A stretch of DNA of 64,000 nucleotides from Nitrososphaerota archaeon (GCA_041641305.1 JBEPYN010000001.1:96001-160000), one strand, 5' to 3'. Counted from the first letter of the stretch, positions 40,822 through 51,083 are shown. Made by a program: numbers and translations. Notes: generated by a model from the letters alone, not told the origin.

Positions 40822-41973
40822 CTATGTATATTTGATGGATTTAAACCGGTTAGCCAATAATCTAACGTCTTTCTTCACATCTGTTCCCATGAGCGCAGAT
40901 ACCACAAGCTTGGCTATTTGCCCCATCTGCCGCAGGCCCATACCTCGCCGCGTGACTTCACATGTCCCAAATCTGACACCATTGTCTGCGATGATGTTGT
41001 TCTTCTCGAGCGTGTTGCAGACTTTCGCCGCCTCGTCAACCGGATAAGGTAAGTAAACTTGGTGGCTACTGGTGTAGCCAAGCCTGTTCTTGAAGGGTTT
41101 TAGCCCCGCTTTTTCCAAAGACTCGGCCAACGTTTTCGCGTTCTCCACAACCTTAGAAGCATACATTCGGCCGTGCCTGCGCATCTCGTCCAGCGCAATT
41201 GCAAGAGCTGCCACTCTGTTGAAGTGGATGTTGTCAACGAATTTATGGAACGTGTTTTCCTCTATTTTCCTCGCGAGATGTGTGTCGTTTGTAAGTATTA
41301 TGCCTCCCTGTGGGCCGAAGAAGCTCTTGTGTGTTGAGCCAAGCATGATGTCTGCCCCTTCCTCAAGCGGTTGTTGGAAAACTCCGCCTGCGACGAGTCC
41401 GAGCACATGCGAGGCATCGTAGATTATAACACCTCCGTAGCTGTGAACTGTGTCGGCCAGCTCGCGGACAGGCATGGGGTAGAGAATCAGGCTCGCACCA
41501 AGAACAACGGCATCCGGCTTTTCCCTCGAAACCATGTCCGCGGCCTCATCAACGTCGATGCACAGCTCCTTTTCCTGCAACTTGATGACAGAGTATCCGA
41601 ATATTTGTGGAATCTTTTCTTCGTCGAGGCCGGGGTATCCGGCGAAGCGAGGGTCAACACACGCTATCTTGCCTCCACGCGGCACACAGGAATACAGAGC
41701 CATCATCAAGGCAACGTGACCCGAGAGAGGTGCCACGCTGCAGAACTCCGCCCCAAAAACCATCCGACCCAGCTCCTCAGCCACCCTCCAAACCTCCTGA
41801 ATATAACGTGTGCCACCGTAGAACTCCGGCTTCAAAGAATACCTAGCACCCATATCAGAAGCGAGAGCCCTCCTTACAGCAGGACTCAGAATGTTCTCGC
41901 TCGCAACCAAGTTTAAACAACTACCACGAAACAACTCATGTCTCCGAAGAGCATCAAGCACAGTTTTCTTCAT
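40822..41973 (-). CDS. glyA: Serine hydroxymethyltransferase
   Basis: LNLVASEN, YDASHVLGLVAG, GSTHKSFFGPQGG, RFGTCEVTRRG. Confidence 0.9.
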   Translation of the reverse strand: MKKTVLDALRRHELFRGSCLNLVASENILSPAVRRALASDMGARYSLKPEFYGGTRYIQEVWRVAEELGRMVFGAEFCSVAPLSGHVALMMALYSCVPRGGKIACVDPRFAGYPGLDEEKIPQIFGYSVIKLQEKELCIDVDEAADMVSREKPDAVVLGASLILYPMPVRELADTVHSYGGVIIYDASHVLGLVAGGVFQQPLEEGADIMLGSTHKSFFGPQGGIILTNDTHLARKIEENTFHKFVDNIHFNRVAALAIALDEMRRHGRMYASKVVENAKTLAESLEKAGLKPFKNRLGYTSSHQVYLPYPVDEAAKVCNTLEKNNIIADNGVRFGTCEVTRRGMGLRQMGQIAKLVVSALMGTDVKKDVRLLANRFKSIKYT

Positions 41974-42009
41974 GCTTCCCTATGCTACGAACAAAAATAT
42001 ATCCATGCA

Positions 42010-42456
42010 CTAAACCAATCCATAGCGGGTATCTGTCTTAACAACCCTTAACGTAACCAATGTGTTGACAGAAATGACTCCTGGGATTTTTTTGACCTGT
42101 TCCACTATTTCTCGTATGTGGTCGAGGTCGCGGCCGTAGGCAACAGCTATGGCGTCGAAGTCTCCCGATAACTGGTAAATGTTTGCGATCTCCCTCAGCA
42201 GCTTAAGCTCTTCCAAGACTCTGTTTATTTCGGAGGGCTCTATTTTGAGCATTAGTGCCGCGGAGTTCTTCAGCCCCAGCTTAACGTGGTCGACAAGTAC
42301 AGTCACCTTGCGGATGACTCCGGTTTTCAACAGCCTTTGGAAACGAAACCTGACGGTGTTTTCGCTTACTCCGAGTTTGCGGCCTATGTCGGCGAAAGAG
42401 GCCCTTCCATCCTCGAACAATATGTTCAGTATCTTAAGGTCGAGGTCGTCGACCAT
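42010..42456 (-). CDS. Lrp/AsnC transcriptional regulator
   Basis: DDLDLKIL..DGRASFADIGRKLGVSENTV; SGDFD. Confidence 0.93.
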   Translation of the reverse strand: MVDDLDLKILNILFEDGRASFADIGRKLGVSENTVRFRFQRLLKTGVIRKVTVLVDHVKLGLKNSAALMLKIEPSEINRVLEELKLLREIANIYQLSGDFDAIAVAYGRDLDHIREIVEQVKKIPGVISVNTLVTLRVVKTDTRYGLV

Positions 42457-42874
42457 CCTCGCCCCACCTCACCAACAAACCCGAACCTGGCGCTGATTTG
42501 CTGAGGTCAATAAACTCCCAACCCCTTCCAACAAACCTGACAGCCGCGACAGGCTTTGGATGAATCTCGCCCCCACAATGCGGACAAACAATCATAAACC
42601 TCTCGACAAACTTGAGAAGCCTTCCAACCTGCTCAGGCGAAAAAGCGGCATACTCTCTGCTACTGCTCTTCACCTCAATAGCAAGAAGCTCTCCCCTATC
42701 GACCGCAATTATATCAGGCTTAGCCATCTTACCTGTCCCACTGCCCGGAGTTCTCACCGCATAGTAACCCTTCTCGCCAACTTCAATAAACCTCCTCAGC
42801 AAACTATACTCACCCTCATAACCAAGTCGCGACTTGTACTTCGGCGAGGCTGGGTCAGACGGTTTCCGCGGCAT
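42434..42874 (-). CDS. hjc: Holliday junction resolvase Hjc-like nuclease with a CPHC insertion
   Basis: G-x-x-x-E, AVRTPGSG, PDIIA, IEVKS (PD-(D/E)xK). Confidence 0.85.
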   Translation of the reverse strand: MPRKPSDPASPKYKSRLGYEGEYSLLRRFIEVGEKGYYAVRTPGSGTGKMAKPDIIAVDRGELLAIEVKSSSREYAAFSPEQVGRLLKFVERFMIVCPHCGGEIHPKPVAAVRFVGRGWEFIDLSKSAPGSGLLVRWGEDGRRPRP

Positions 42875-43251
42875 TATTGCTTGTCCTCGAGCTGGATAAT
42901 TTTACGCTCTCGTTTCTCAGGAGACTGAGGCGAGTGACGCTCCATGTCGTTGAGCTCTATCAGCAGCGGGCTCAGGTAGATGCTTAGGGTTGAAGCGTTT
43001 TTCAGCCACTTACGCTCTGACGGCTTCGTCAAATACCCTATTTCAACCAAGTTGGATAGAAAAGTTGAGACGCTTCTTCTTTTCTTCTCATTTTTTGAAA
43101 TGGAGTCGGGAAGCCTCTCGGTCAGGTCCGTCAAGGTGAATGGGTTATGGTCCATTCCGCCTATTGCCGCAAGTATATGGATAATCTCATCCTCGCTGAG
43201 CAGCCGAGTCTTCCACTTAAGCATCTGAACAATAGGATGAGTCTTCTTCAA
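42874..43251 (-). CDS. Hypothetical winged-helix protein
   Basis: FTLTDLTERL...VSTFLSNLVEIGYLTKPSERKW resembles helix 3 plus wing. Confidence 0.65.
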   Translation of the reverse strand: MKKTHPIVQMLKWKTRLLSEDEIIHILAAIGGMDHNPFTLTDLTERLPDSISKNEKKRRSVSTFLSNLVEIGYLTKPSERKWLKNASTLSIYLSPLLIELNDMERHSPQSPEKRERKIIQLEDKQ

Positions 43252-43258
43252 CCCTTAT

Positions 43259-44689
43259 TCACCCCTTGAAAAACCTGTCAATCAAAAACCTCGGTTCAAT
43301 AGGTATGTCTTTACCGCATGACCCGCAGGTTGTAACGAGAATGTCATTCGTTGATTCGGCTTCCTCAAGCTCCTGTTTGGTGGGCAGAATCATCAGTGAC
43401 GAGTTTTGGCAGTAGACACATTTTAGCTTGATCTTTATGCCGCTGTCTGAGGAGAGCTCTGTCTTTTGTTTTAGGAGCTGGAATTTCCTCGGCAACTGAG
43501 GAGACGGCTGAGTCGTTGTCTGGGTTTTTGTTCCCTTGAGCTGGTTGAGCTCATTCCTAAGTCTCTCGTTTTCCTCCTCAAGCTGAGCCTTCTTGGCAAC
43601 AACTTCCTTGAACTCTTTCTCAAGCTTTTCGAAGACCCAGTGTGGAACAAGCTCCGACCTAATCACGGGCATTACCAGCTCCACAACCCGTTTGCGAACG
43701 TTTTCAAGCAACGAAGGCTCGAGAGCCTTAAGCTCAGGCATCTCCCCCGCCTTGATGCTCGAAATATTAGCCAGCTGTCTCGAAAGTATCTCCAAATCCT
43801 CTCTTTTCACAAGCTCCGGATTCTGGAGCAGCAGAAGCAGAGACCTCGCCGACGCAACCTCCTCCTCAAGAGTTTGAAGAGTCTCCCTCACCCTTGCCAG
43901 CTCCTCATCCAACCTGTTAAGCTCTGTCCTTTTTTCCTCAATCAGCTTGAGCAGAGAGGCTGCGTCCGTCTTGAAGCCCAGCAGGTCCTCGTACTCCTTC
44001 GTAAGCCCCCCGATTTTTTGCCGCAGTTCATCCTCCCTTTTCTCGAGAGACGCCACCTCGGCTCGAAGCTTAGCCATTGTTTCGCTGATGTTTTCAAACT
44101 CTGGCTCTATTTCAGATATCTCCCTTAGCTTGGCAGTTTTTCTCTGAATTTCATGCTCGATCTCCTCCAGCCTCCTACTGTTTTCCTCAACCAAGGCCTG
44201 TGTATTTCTCAGTTTATTCTCTGTTTCATCTAGCTTTGCAAATGCTTCGAACACCTGCTTAAAATCGGTGCCTGTCTCGGAGATCTTCGCCGCAACTTTA
44301 GCCAGAGTTTCGAGGTCATCAATGTTTATGCCATATTTCTCGATGGCGCGGATAATGTTGTTTACACGGTTGACTGTCTCGAGGGTGAGCTTCTGCTGCT
44401 CCATGTATACGCGGAGGTCTTCCTCAATTCTACGCCTTTTTTCCAAAAGCTCGTTTATACTGTATTCCAGTTTGACGCTTTCGCGGAATCTCTTCTCATA
44501 CTCCTTGAAGAGAGTCTGGAGAGATTTTCCATATTGTTTTTCCAGCTGTCTAAGCTTAATGACACCCTTTACATATCTTTTCAGCTGTGTCTGTGGTACA
44601 CCTATTTGTTTGAGCGCCTCCTCCATCTGTTGCAGGGTGAGTGGCTCGCCGCCCGACCCGTCAGCTGAAGAGTTGTTTTCCTCGGCCAT
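43259..44689 (-). CDS. Long coiled-coil protein with C-terminal Zn finger
   Basis: E/K/L-rich heptads; CVYC...CGSC; no Walker motifs. Confidence 0.8.
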   Translation of the reverse strand: MAEENNSSADGSGGEPLTLQQMEEALKQIGVPQTQLKRYVKGVIKLRQLEKQYGKSLQTLFKEYEKRFRESVKLEYSINELLEKRRRIEEDLRVYMEQQKLTLETVNRVNNIIRAIEKYGINIDDLETLAKVAAKISETGTDFKQVFEAFAKLDETENKLRNTQALVEENSRRLEEIEHEIQRKTAKLREISEIEPEFENISETMAKLRAEVASLEKREDELRQKIGGLTKEYEDLLGFKTDAASLLKLIEEKRTELNRLDEELARVRETLQTLEEEVASARSLLLLLQNPELVKREDLEILSRQLANISSIKAGEMPELKALEPSLLENVRKRVVELVMPVIRSELVPHWVFEKLEKEFKEVVAKKAQLEEENERLRNELNQLKGTKTQTTTQPSPQLPRKFQLLKQKTELSSDSGIKIKLKCVYCQNSSLMILPTKQELEEAESTNDILVTTCGSCGKDIPIEPRFLIDRFFKG

Positions 44690-44829
44690 TTTACCGTTTG
44701 TAACTCAATCAGCAGCGATATAAAAGCTAACTCAACGCATGATGACGAGAGTAGTCGCTGTATTGTCAGGAGGTTCTATGGGTATTGTTTTGGGAGGATG
44801 TTCTTATGTAGGCGTTTCAGAATTTTGTT

Positions 44830-45642
44830 ATGGACATGCTTGCTCTTGGTAACATCCCTTTTGTATCAATAATCAGTCCAGAGTTTATCATCCCGCTCCT
44901 TTTTGGCGTGCTCCTATTGATTGTAATCTTGTCGGCTTCGATTAAGGTTGTTACGGAGTACGAGAGGGCGGTGATTTTTAGGCTGGGTCGGCTGATCGGG
45001 GTGAAGGGGCCTGGACTTGTTATGATTCTACCCGTCATCGACCGGAGAAGAATCATCGACCTTAGGCTGGTTACGTTTGATGTTCCTAAGCAGCGGATAA
45101 TAACCAAGGACAATGTTACCGTTGATGTTGATGCTATTGTTTATTTCAGGGTGACTGACCCCATGATGGCTGTTTTGAAAGTTAAGGACTACTTCACCGC
45201 GTCGGCTCTATTGGCTCAGACTACTCTCAGGGATGTGATCGGGCAGGTTGAACTGGATGATCTTTTGACTAGACGTGAGGAGTTGAACAAGAGGATTCAA
45301 CAGATACTTGATGAGGCGACTGAGCCTTGGGGAATCAAAGTTACAACGGTGGCTCTGAGGGATGTTGTGATTCCCGAGATGATGCAGCGCGCTATCGCGA
45401 AGCAGGCTGAGGCTGAGAGGGAAAGAAGGAGCAGGATAATTGCTGCGGAGGGTGAGCTTATGGCCGCGGAAAAGATGGCTCAGGCAGCCGATTACTATGC
45501 GCAGCACCCGATTGCGCTCAGGCTCAGGGAGCTGCAGACATGGAGCGAAATCGCACGCGAGAAAAACATGATCGTAGTCACAGAATCGGCAACGAAGGAG
45601 CTCGGCACAATACTTGGATTAACCGCTCAGAAAAAAGAATGA
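44830..45642 (+). CDS. Stomatin-like SPFH (slipin) protein
   Basis: EYERAVIFRLGR, ITKDNVTV, AQTTLR, AKQAEAERERR. Confidence 0.95.
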   Translation: MDMLALGNIPFVSIISPEFIIPLLFGVLLLIVILSASIKVVTEYERAVIFRLGRLIGVKGPGLVMILPVIDRRRIIDLRLVTFDVPKQRIITKDNVTVDVDAIVYFRVTDPMMAVLKVKDYFTASALLAQTTLRDVIGQVELDDLLTRREELNKRIQQILDEATEPWGIKVTTVALRDVVIPEMMQRAIAKQAEAERERRSRIIAAEGELMAAEKMAQAADYYAQHPIALRLRELQTWSEIAREKNMIVVTESATKELGTILGLTAQKKE

Positions 45643-46907
45643 GAATAGCCACGCTCCTACTAATAGGCGCCGTGCTACTTCTATCCGGTCACAGCGAAAC
45701 ACCTCAAGTCCTTCTCCTCACGATAGATGGATACATCTCGACAGGGACTGCGATGTATTTGGAACGTGTGCTGACGTCATCTCGCTACGATGCAGTCATT
45801 TTAACGATTAACACGTTGGGGGGAAGCGCTGACGCCATGCTTAGGATTGTTGAGGCGATTGAAAGGTCTCCTATCCCTGTCATCGGATTTGTTTACCCCG
45901 TTGGTGGGAAGGCGTTGTCAGCGGGGACCTACATCCTTATGTCAACTCATTTCGCAGCCATGGCTCCCGAGACCCTGATAGGCTCCGCTCAGCCTGTGGT
46001 AGGCGGAGAACCTGTTACAGACAGTAAGGTGTTGAACTTTTTCGCCGAGAAGATGGGGACTTTGGCGGAGTCGAGGGGTAGAAACCGAGAGGAAGCCGTT
46101 AAGATTGTCTATGAGAACAAAAACTTCAACCCTGCATCTGCTCTCGAGGCTGGGTTAATCGAGGCAATTGCCACGGATGTCGACGAGCTTCTGGCTCTCG
46201 CTGATGGACAAACCGTGAGAACCATCACAGGTGAAAAAATTCTTAGGCTCAAGAACGCGGCCATCACAAATGAAATGCCGGGAGTAACGGAAGCACTTGT
46301 ATCGGTTCTTTCAGATCCTATTGTCTCAAGTATTCTTCTATCGCTGGGAATATTGCTTTTGTTGGTTGGCCTCTCTACACCGGGATGGGGCGGGGAAATC
46401 GTTGGTGTGCTGATGATTGTTCTCGGCCTCGTGGGACAAGGACTCAACATTAACTGGGCAGGTGTGTTTCTAACAATTCTCGGCGCAGCTCTCCTTCTCT
46501 ACGAGCTTCTCAGCCCAGGGTTTGGTGTCGCAGGATTTGGTGGACTGGTGTCTTTAACTGTCGGAATTATTTTGATAGGCGGTTTTTCGCCGGCGCCGGC
46601 CCTTGTGTCACCTGAGTGGACGGGGACGCTGCTTATCACCGTAATTTCCACCTCGTTGCTCATATCCGCATTTCTAGGGTTCTTGGTTTACAAGGCTCTA
46701 AAAGCGCAAAAGAGGAGGCCGCTTGCACAGGAGCCGAGAGTTGGTAGGGCGGTTGACACAATAGATGCTGGTCATATCGGATACGTTTTCGTCGAGGGAG
46801 AATACTGGCGAGCCAAAGCGGTTAAACCTGTCAAAGAAAGAGATATGATAAAAGTTGTTGGGAAAGAAAACGGTGTATTGTTGGTGGAGCCTCTTGAACC
46901 TACCTAA
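45639..46907 (+). CDS. nfeD: NfeD / stomatin operon partner protease
   Basis: INTLGG, ALSAGTYI, IGSAQP, TM bundle, C-terminal OB domain (VEGEYWRA); start overlaps the slipin stop. Confidence 0.9.
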   Translation: MRIATLLLIGAVLLLSGHSETPQVLLLTIDGYISTGTAMYLERVLTSSRYDAVILTINTLGGSADAMLRIVEAIERSPIPVIGFVYPVGGKALSAGTYILMSTHFAAMAPETLIGSAQPVVGGEPVTDSKVLNFFAEKMGTLAESRGRNREEAVKIVYENKNFNPASALEAGLIEAIATDVDELLALADGQTVRTITGEKILRLKNAAITNEMPGVTEALVSVLSDPIVSSILLSLGILLLLVGLSTPGWGGEIVGVLMIVLGLVGQGLNINWAGVFLTILGAALLLYELLSPGFGVAGFGGLVSLTVGIILIGGFSPAPALVSPEWTGTLLITVISTSLLISAFLGFLVYKALKAQKRRPLAQEPRVGRAVDTIDAGHIGYVFVEGEYWRAKAVKPVKERDMIKVVGKENGVLLVEPLEPT

Positions 46908-47328
46908 AGCGTCTTCTACCCTGAAAACCCCGTGACCTGAATCCGCCTCCTCGAGGCCGGTCTTCAGTGCCGAATGTCTCCTTCTGGGACAAGTTGTTCT
47001 CAGTGTTTACCTCTGTCACCGGCTCTTCAGATGGCTCTATTTTCCCGAACTTGCCGAGGTTGAGCTGCATTTTTCCACGGAACAGTTTGATGAACCCGTT
47101 CACCACTTTTATCGAGTCACCTTCGTTGACAAGGTCGATGTTGTCGTCCCAGAGAACAAGGGTGATGGCTCCTGTTTCATCCGCTATCAAGGCCTCTGTC
47201 AACCTGTGCTCTGACTGGTCGTATTGCGAAGAAACGACGCGTGGCTCCGGTTTTTCGACGATTTTTGCGACGAGGTTTACGCCCCGCGAGCGCGGGGTCA
47301 GACTTCCTATCTTAACCAATTCGCTCAA
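46900..47328 (-). CDS. ssb: Single-stranded DNA-binding protein (single OB, crenarchaeal type)
   Basis: IADETGAITLVLWD, FRGKMQLNLGKFG; G/R-rich tail. Confidence 0.9.
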   Translation of the reverse strand: MSELVKIGSLTPRSRGVNLVAKIVEKPEPRVVSSQYDQSEHRLTEALIADETGAITLVLWDDNIDLVNEGDSIKVVNGFIKLFRGKMQLNLGKFGKIEPSEEPVTEVNTENNLSQKETFGTEDRPRGGGFRSRGFQGRRRFR

Positions 47329-48953
47329 TTCCTTTTTTCACTCTTTTGGTGGCTAGTGTGGTTCTTTGTCGTATATAAGCCTTGTGTGACGGCTTTCAAA
47401 GCTGTGTAAGCGCGCTCGACACCATAGTCTTCTATGATGAAAGTTGCCAGCTTTGGGCCGCTGTCCTGTCCAATCAAGATTCTGTAAAGTGTTTGAAAGA
47501 GTTGGGGCGGGTTGATCATGTTTCGCCGCGCTATCTCGAATATGGTGGACTGGAGTGTGTCTGGGTTGGATGCGTTTCTCACAGCTTCTGCGACCTCGTC
47601 GACGGCCCGCCGAAGGATCTCGTCTATGGTAACTGGCTCTACCTCAGGTTTTCCGAATGTCTTCTGATAATTGACGGCGTATTCAACTTTCTTCAAAACC
47701 TCTTCATCAACCTTGTATCCGTATCGTTTCAGCCTCGCGACCACGAACTCCTTCTCCTTCCCCTCGGGGGCAATCGATGCCAAAAACACTAGAAGACTGT
47801 AGGAGACTTTTGTCGGCGTTTTCTCCGGTGGTTTGAACATGTATGCGTAGACGTAGAGGCCTGTTCTGCGTGGGTCACCAGTGTTCCGGCGATATTGTTC
47901 GCCCAAGGTGTCAAGCTCATCCATCAACGCAGGTATAAGCTGTGGAGAGACAACTCTTGTCCCCTTTATGCGTTTAAGGAATAGGAGGACAAGGCTCTGG
48001 GGCGAGCCGTATTTGAACCATTCATGGGGTGTGAAGACCGAGACGCCCTTTGACTTGGAGATTTTTCGCCGGGATGCGTCAAGGAATAGCTCGTATTGTA
48101 CATGCTTAGGCGGCTTGTATGCGAGGATGTGTTCGGATACCCAGTCGTTCACCATCACGGAGGCGGCCAGGTCTTTTCCGTATGCTTCGAAGCGCACGTC
48201 GAGGGCAGCCCATCTAGCCGCCCACTCAACCTTCCAAGAAAGCTTGCCATCGGCCTTTGAGATATCCGCCTCCCCCTCATATCCACATCCATCAAACCAC
48301 CTCTTCTTGATGCTCACCCCTTTGCAAACATAGTGCACACGGCCCGTCTTCGGGTCAAAGCCCTCTGCGTGAGTAGTGTAGATTCTTCCACATGAAGCGC
48401 ATAAAGGGAAGTAGGGTAACATTTCTTGAAACTTCTGCTGTCCAGTTAGCTCGGCTATTTTTTCGCCAATTGTTCTGGCGTTCTCCAGTATCTTTGATAT
48501 CTGGTTCTTGAGCAATCCGCTGTTGTAGACGTGGAATCCTCTGTAGAACTTGGATTCGACGCCGGTTTTTGCAAGCGCGTCGAGGAGCATATTCTCCATG
48601 TGCTCAGCATAGGATTCGTGGCAGTTGAAGGGGTCGGGGATGAGCGACACGGGTTTGAGCAGATGTTTCTCATATTCTTTGGGGATTTCGGCGGGAACGC
48701 TCCGCAGCCCATCCATGTCATCGGCGAACTGGATCATCTCAGAGTTGAGGCCGAGGTTTTTTATTGCGAGAGAAACAGCATAGGCTCTGACAGAGTCGGA
48801 GAGGCTTCCTATGTGGATGAAGCCCGAGGCCGCTATGCCTGCCTCGGTCCTTATATTGTCAAGACTTCGTCCGAGCTGCTTTTCCCTCTCGATGATCTCC
48901 CAAGCTAGCTTGTCTATCCATGTGCCGAGGCCTATCCTGTTTCTCTCAACCAT
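47325..48953 (-). CDS. lysS: Lysine-tRNA ligase, class I
   Basis: ASGFIHIGS, DDMDGLR, KLSWKVEWAARW, EAYGKD, KISKSKG, GPKL. Confidence 0.95.
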   Translation of the reverse strand: MVERNRIGLGTWIDKLAWEIIEREKQLGRSLDNIRTEAGIAASGFIHIGSLSDSVRAYAVSLAIKNLGLNSEMIQFADDMDGLRSVPAEIPKEYEKHLLKPVSLIPDPFNCHESYAEHMENMLLDALAKTGVESKFYRGFHVYNSGLLKNQISKILENARTIGEKIAELTGQQKFQEMLPYFPLCASCGRIYTTHAEGFDPKTGRVHYVCKGVSIKKRWFDGCGYEGEADISKADGKLSWKVEWAARWAALDVRFEAYGKDLAASVMVNDWVSEHILAYKPPKHVQYELFLDASRRKISKSKGVSVFTPHEWFKYGSPQSLVLLFLKRIKGTRVVSPQLIPALMDELDTLGEQYRRNTGDPRRTGLYVYAYMFKPPEKTPTKVSYSLLVFLASIAPEGKEKEFVVARLKRYGYKVDEEVLKKVEYAVNYQKTFGKPEVEPVTIDEILRRAVDEVAEAVRNASNPDTLQSTIFEIARRNMINPPQLFQTLYRILIGQDSGPKLATFIIEDYGVERAYTALKAVTQGLYTTKNHTSHQKSEKRN

Positions 48954-48978
48954 CGAAACATATGCTCCAAGCTATTTG

Positions 48979-49833
48979 TTAAACCTTCACGGCGCGGACG
49001 CAGAGGGCTTCGGGAACATATGTTGGTTTGAACCCTGCTTTACGCATCCTCTCAACCACACCCCTGTAGAATGCAATCCCCTTTTTCACACCCGGCTGAC
49101 CGACATAGTGAACAACCACTCCGCCACGCCTCACAACCCTGTATAGTAGACGGTAAAACTCGGTCGAATACAGCTCCCCTGCTATTCTGAAACTCGGCGG
49201 ATCATGCATAACCACGTCAAACTCCTCGCTACATTTTCGGAGAAAATCCGCCGCGTCTGCCACTTCTGTCTTTATCTTCTCTGTGAAAAGTTTTCTCGAC
49301 CATGGGTTTAGGGCAGCCATCTTCACTATGTTTGGGTCTTTTTCAACCGTTACAACTCGTCGGGCTCCCTTCTCAAACATGGCGATGGCTGTGTATCCTA
49401 GCCCGGTGCAGATGTCAAGCGCCTCTGCACCGCCGAGTTCACGAAAGAGGCCGACTTTTTGCCTTGCATCGTCTATCGGATTTACATCAACCGTCCTATG
49501 CATTCTTATCCCGTTTATTTCAACGGTTGTTGGCTGTCTCCACCCCGGCGCGACCAACCGATACATCTTTCCCTCAAACCATGCAAGCTTCGGCAGCCCC
49601 TCCTCAACGACATAGACATCTTCAGGCCTTGTCGCAGCCCTCTCAAGCATCCGTCGACTAACCACTATACCGTCTATCGAAACACCCTCCTCACAGATCA
49701 CACCTCTTGAAACAGAAACCCCCAAATCAAGCGAGACATCCACCTCCCCGCATTGCCCTAGGCTAAGCAGATACCGTGTCTCGTGTCCAGACAGCAAAGG
49801 AACTTGGACAGGTCCGGAGGATCCTGCATGCAT
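48979..49833 (-). CDS. Archaeal SAM-dependent methyltransferase (COG2521-like)
   Basis: SLDLG, TVEINGIRMHR, LDICTGLGYTA, HDPP, GELYS; start uncertain. Confidence 0.85.
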   Translation of the reverse strand: MHAGSSGPVQVPLLSGHETRYLLSLGQCGEVDVSLDLGVSVSRGVICEEGVSIDGIVVSRRMLERAATRPEDVYVVEEGLPKLAWFEGKMYRLVAPGWRQPTTVEINGIRMHRTVDVNPIDDARQKVGLFRELGGAEALDICTGLGYTAIAMFEKGARRVVTVEKDPNIVKMAALNPWSRKLFTEKIKTEVADAADFLRKCSEEFDVVMHDPPSFRIAGELYSTEFYRLLYRVVRRGGVVVHYVGQPGVKKGIAFYRGVVERMRKAGFKPTYVPEALCVRAVKV

Positions 49834-49862
49834 GTTTTTTATAATCCCCCACACTTTAAAAC

Positions 49863-50666
49863 ATGATGAAAAAAGCTGTGATGCTTTCGCTCGAGGACCC
49901 GGCCGCAGTCGAGATACTTAGAATTCTCGTGGAGAACTATGGCTTCGCCGAAAGCGGTGACAAAACCTTTCAGAAGAACGGTGTAACCATGGTTTGTCTC
50001 GACAAGTCTATGCTTTATGCCGATGATGAGGTGGCGTCGATTGAGGCTGATCTTGTTGTAGTTCCCTCGAAACATGTATCGGAGACAGGTAGAAGATGTC
50101 TTTTAGTGCATTCGACGGGTAACTGGGGTGATTCAGCTCCTTACGGCGGCAAGCCCAAGCAACTCTCAGCAACATCCGCCGCCGCTGTTTACCATGCACT
50201 GACGGAGCTACGGCAAGCCGTGGAAAACGTAGGACATAGCGATGTTGAGGTTGGCATGGAGGCCACTCACCACGGCCCCTACTCCGAGAAGCCGCTCATC
50301 TTCATAGAAGTCGGTTCAGACGTCAGCGCATGGAGAGACAGAAAGATGGTTGAAGCTGCTGCAGAAGCTGTTTACAGCCTCTGTTTCGGGGGTGTGGCGA
50401 GTTACCCTGAGCCGGCTGTCGGGTTCGGAGGAGGGCACTATCCACGCGACATTCTCAAACCCGTTCTCGCGGGGATATACATGGTTGGACACGTAGCCTC
50501 CAAACATCACTTTCCACTGGATGAAGAGGTGATTAGACAGGCTTTTCAGAGAACCGCTGAAAAGCCTAAAACCGCGTTGATAGACTGGGACGGGCTCCGC
50601 TCAGAACACCGCGCCGCGCTACTAAAAGTCTTAACAGATTACGGCGTAGAGGTTGTAAAGGTTTAG
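49863..50666 (+). CDS. dtdA: D-aminoacyl-tRNA deacylase (DTD2 type)
   Basis: SKH, VHSTGN, EATHHGP, FIEVGS, GFGGGHY. Confidence 0.92.
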   Translation: MMKKAVMLSLEDPAAVEILRILVENYGFAESGDKTFQKNGVTMVCLDKSMLYADDEVASIEADLVVVPSKHVSETGRRCLLVHSTGNWGDSAPYGGKPKQLSATSAAAVYHALTELRQAVENVGHSDVEVGMEATHHGPYSEKPLIFIEVGSDVSAWRDRKMVEAAAEAVYSLCFGGVASYPEPAVGFGGGHYPRDILKPVLAGIYMVGHVASKHHFPLDEEVIRQAFQRTAEKPKTALIDWDGLRSEHRAALLKVLTDYGVEVVKV

Positions 50667-50711
50667 AACCTCAGCGCTTATATATGGAGCAATAAACATG
50701 CTAGGTAGGAG

Positions 50712-51083
50712 ATGATGCTGCCCGCGGAGGTAGAGTCGAAAGTTATGATTCCACTACTGAGGGCTATGGTGGCTAAGAGGCTTGTGTATGAGAAGGGCTA
50801 TACCCAGGAAAAGGTTGCTCAAGTTCTTGGCGTCACGCAGGCGGCTGTGAGCAACTATCTCCGCGGTGTCCGAGGGCTTTCCTCGGAGCTTGAAAAACAT
50901 GAGGAGCTTGCAAAATGGGCCGATGAGGTTGTAGAGGCGGTTGTCCGAGACGCGCCGCGGCAGGAAATAGCACGCCGCATAAACGACGCCCTCAAAAACA
51001 TCAGAGTGATGCGAATACTATGCGAATACCATAAAAGAGTTGAACCCGATATAGATGTGGACTCTTGCCATGTCTGCGACTAA
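50712..51083 (+). CDS. HTH regulator with Cys/His metal motif (COG2522-like)
   Basis: PLLRAMVAKRL..TQEKVAQVLGVTQAAVSNY; CEYH...CHVC. Confidence 0.88.
   Translation: MMLPAEVESKVMIPLLRAMVAKRLVYEKGYTQEKVAQVLGVTQAAVSNYLRGVRGLSSELEKHEELAKWADEVVEAVVRDAPRQEIARRINDALKNIRVMRILCEYHKRVEPDIDVDSCHVCD

Noticed and set aside
44739-44800. ATGATGA C-box-like word upstream of the slipin gene
   Set aside because: No matching CTGA D box at a suitable distance.
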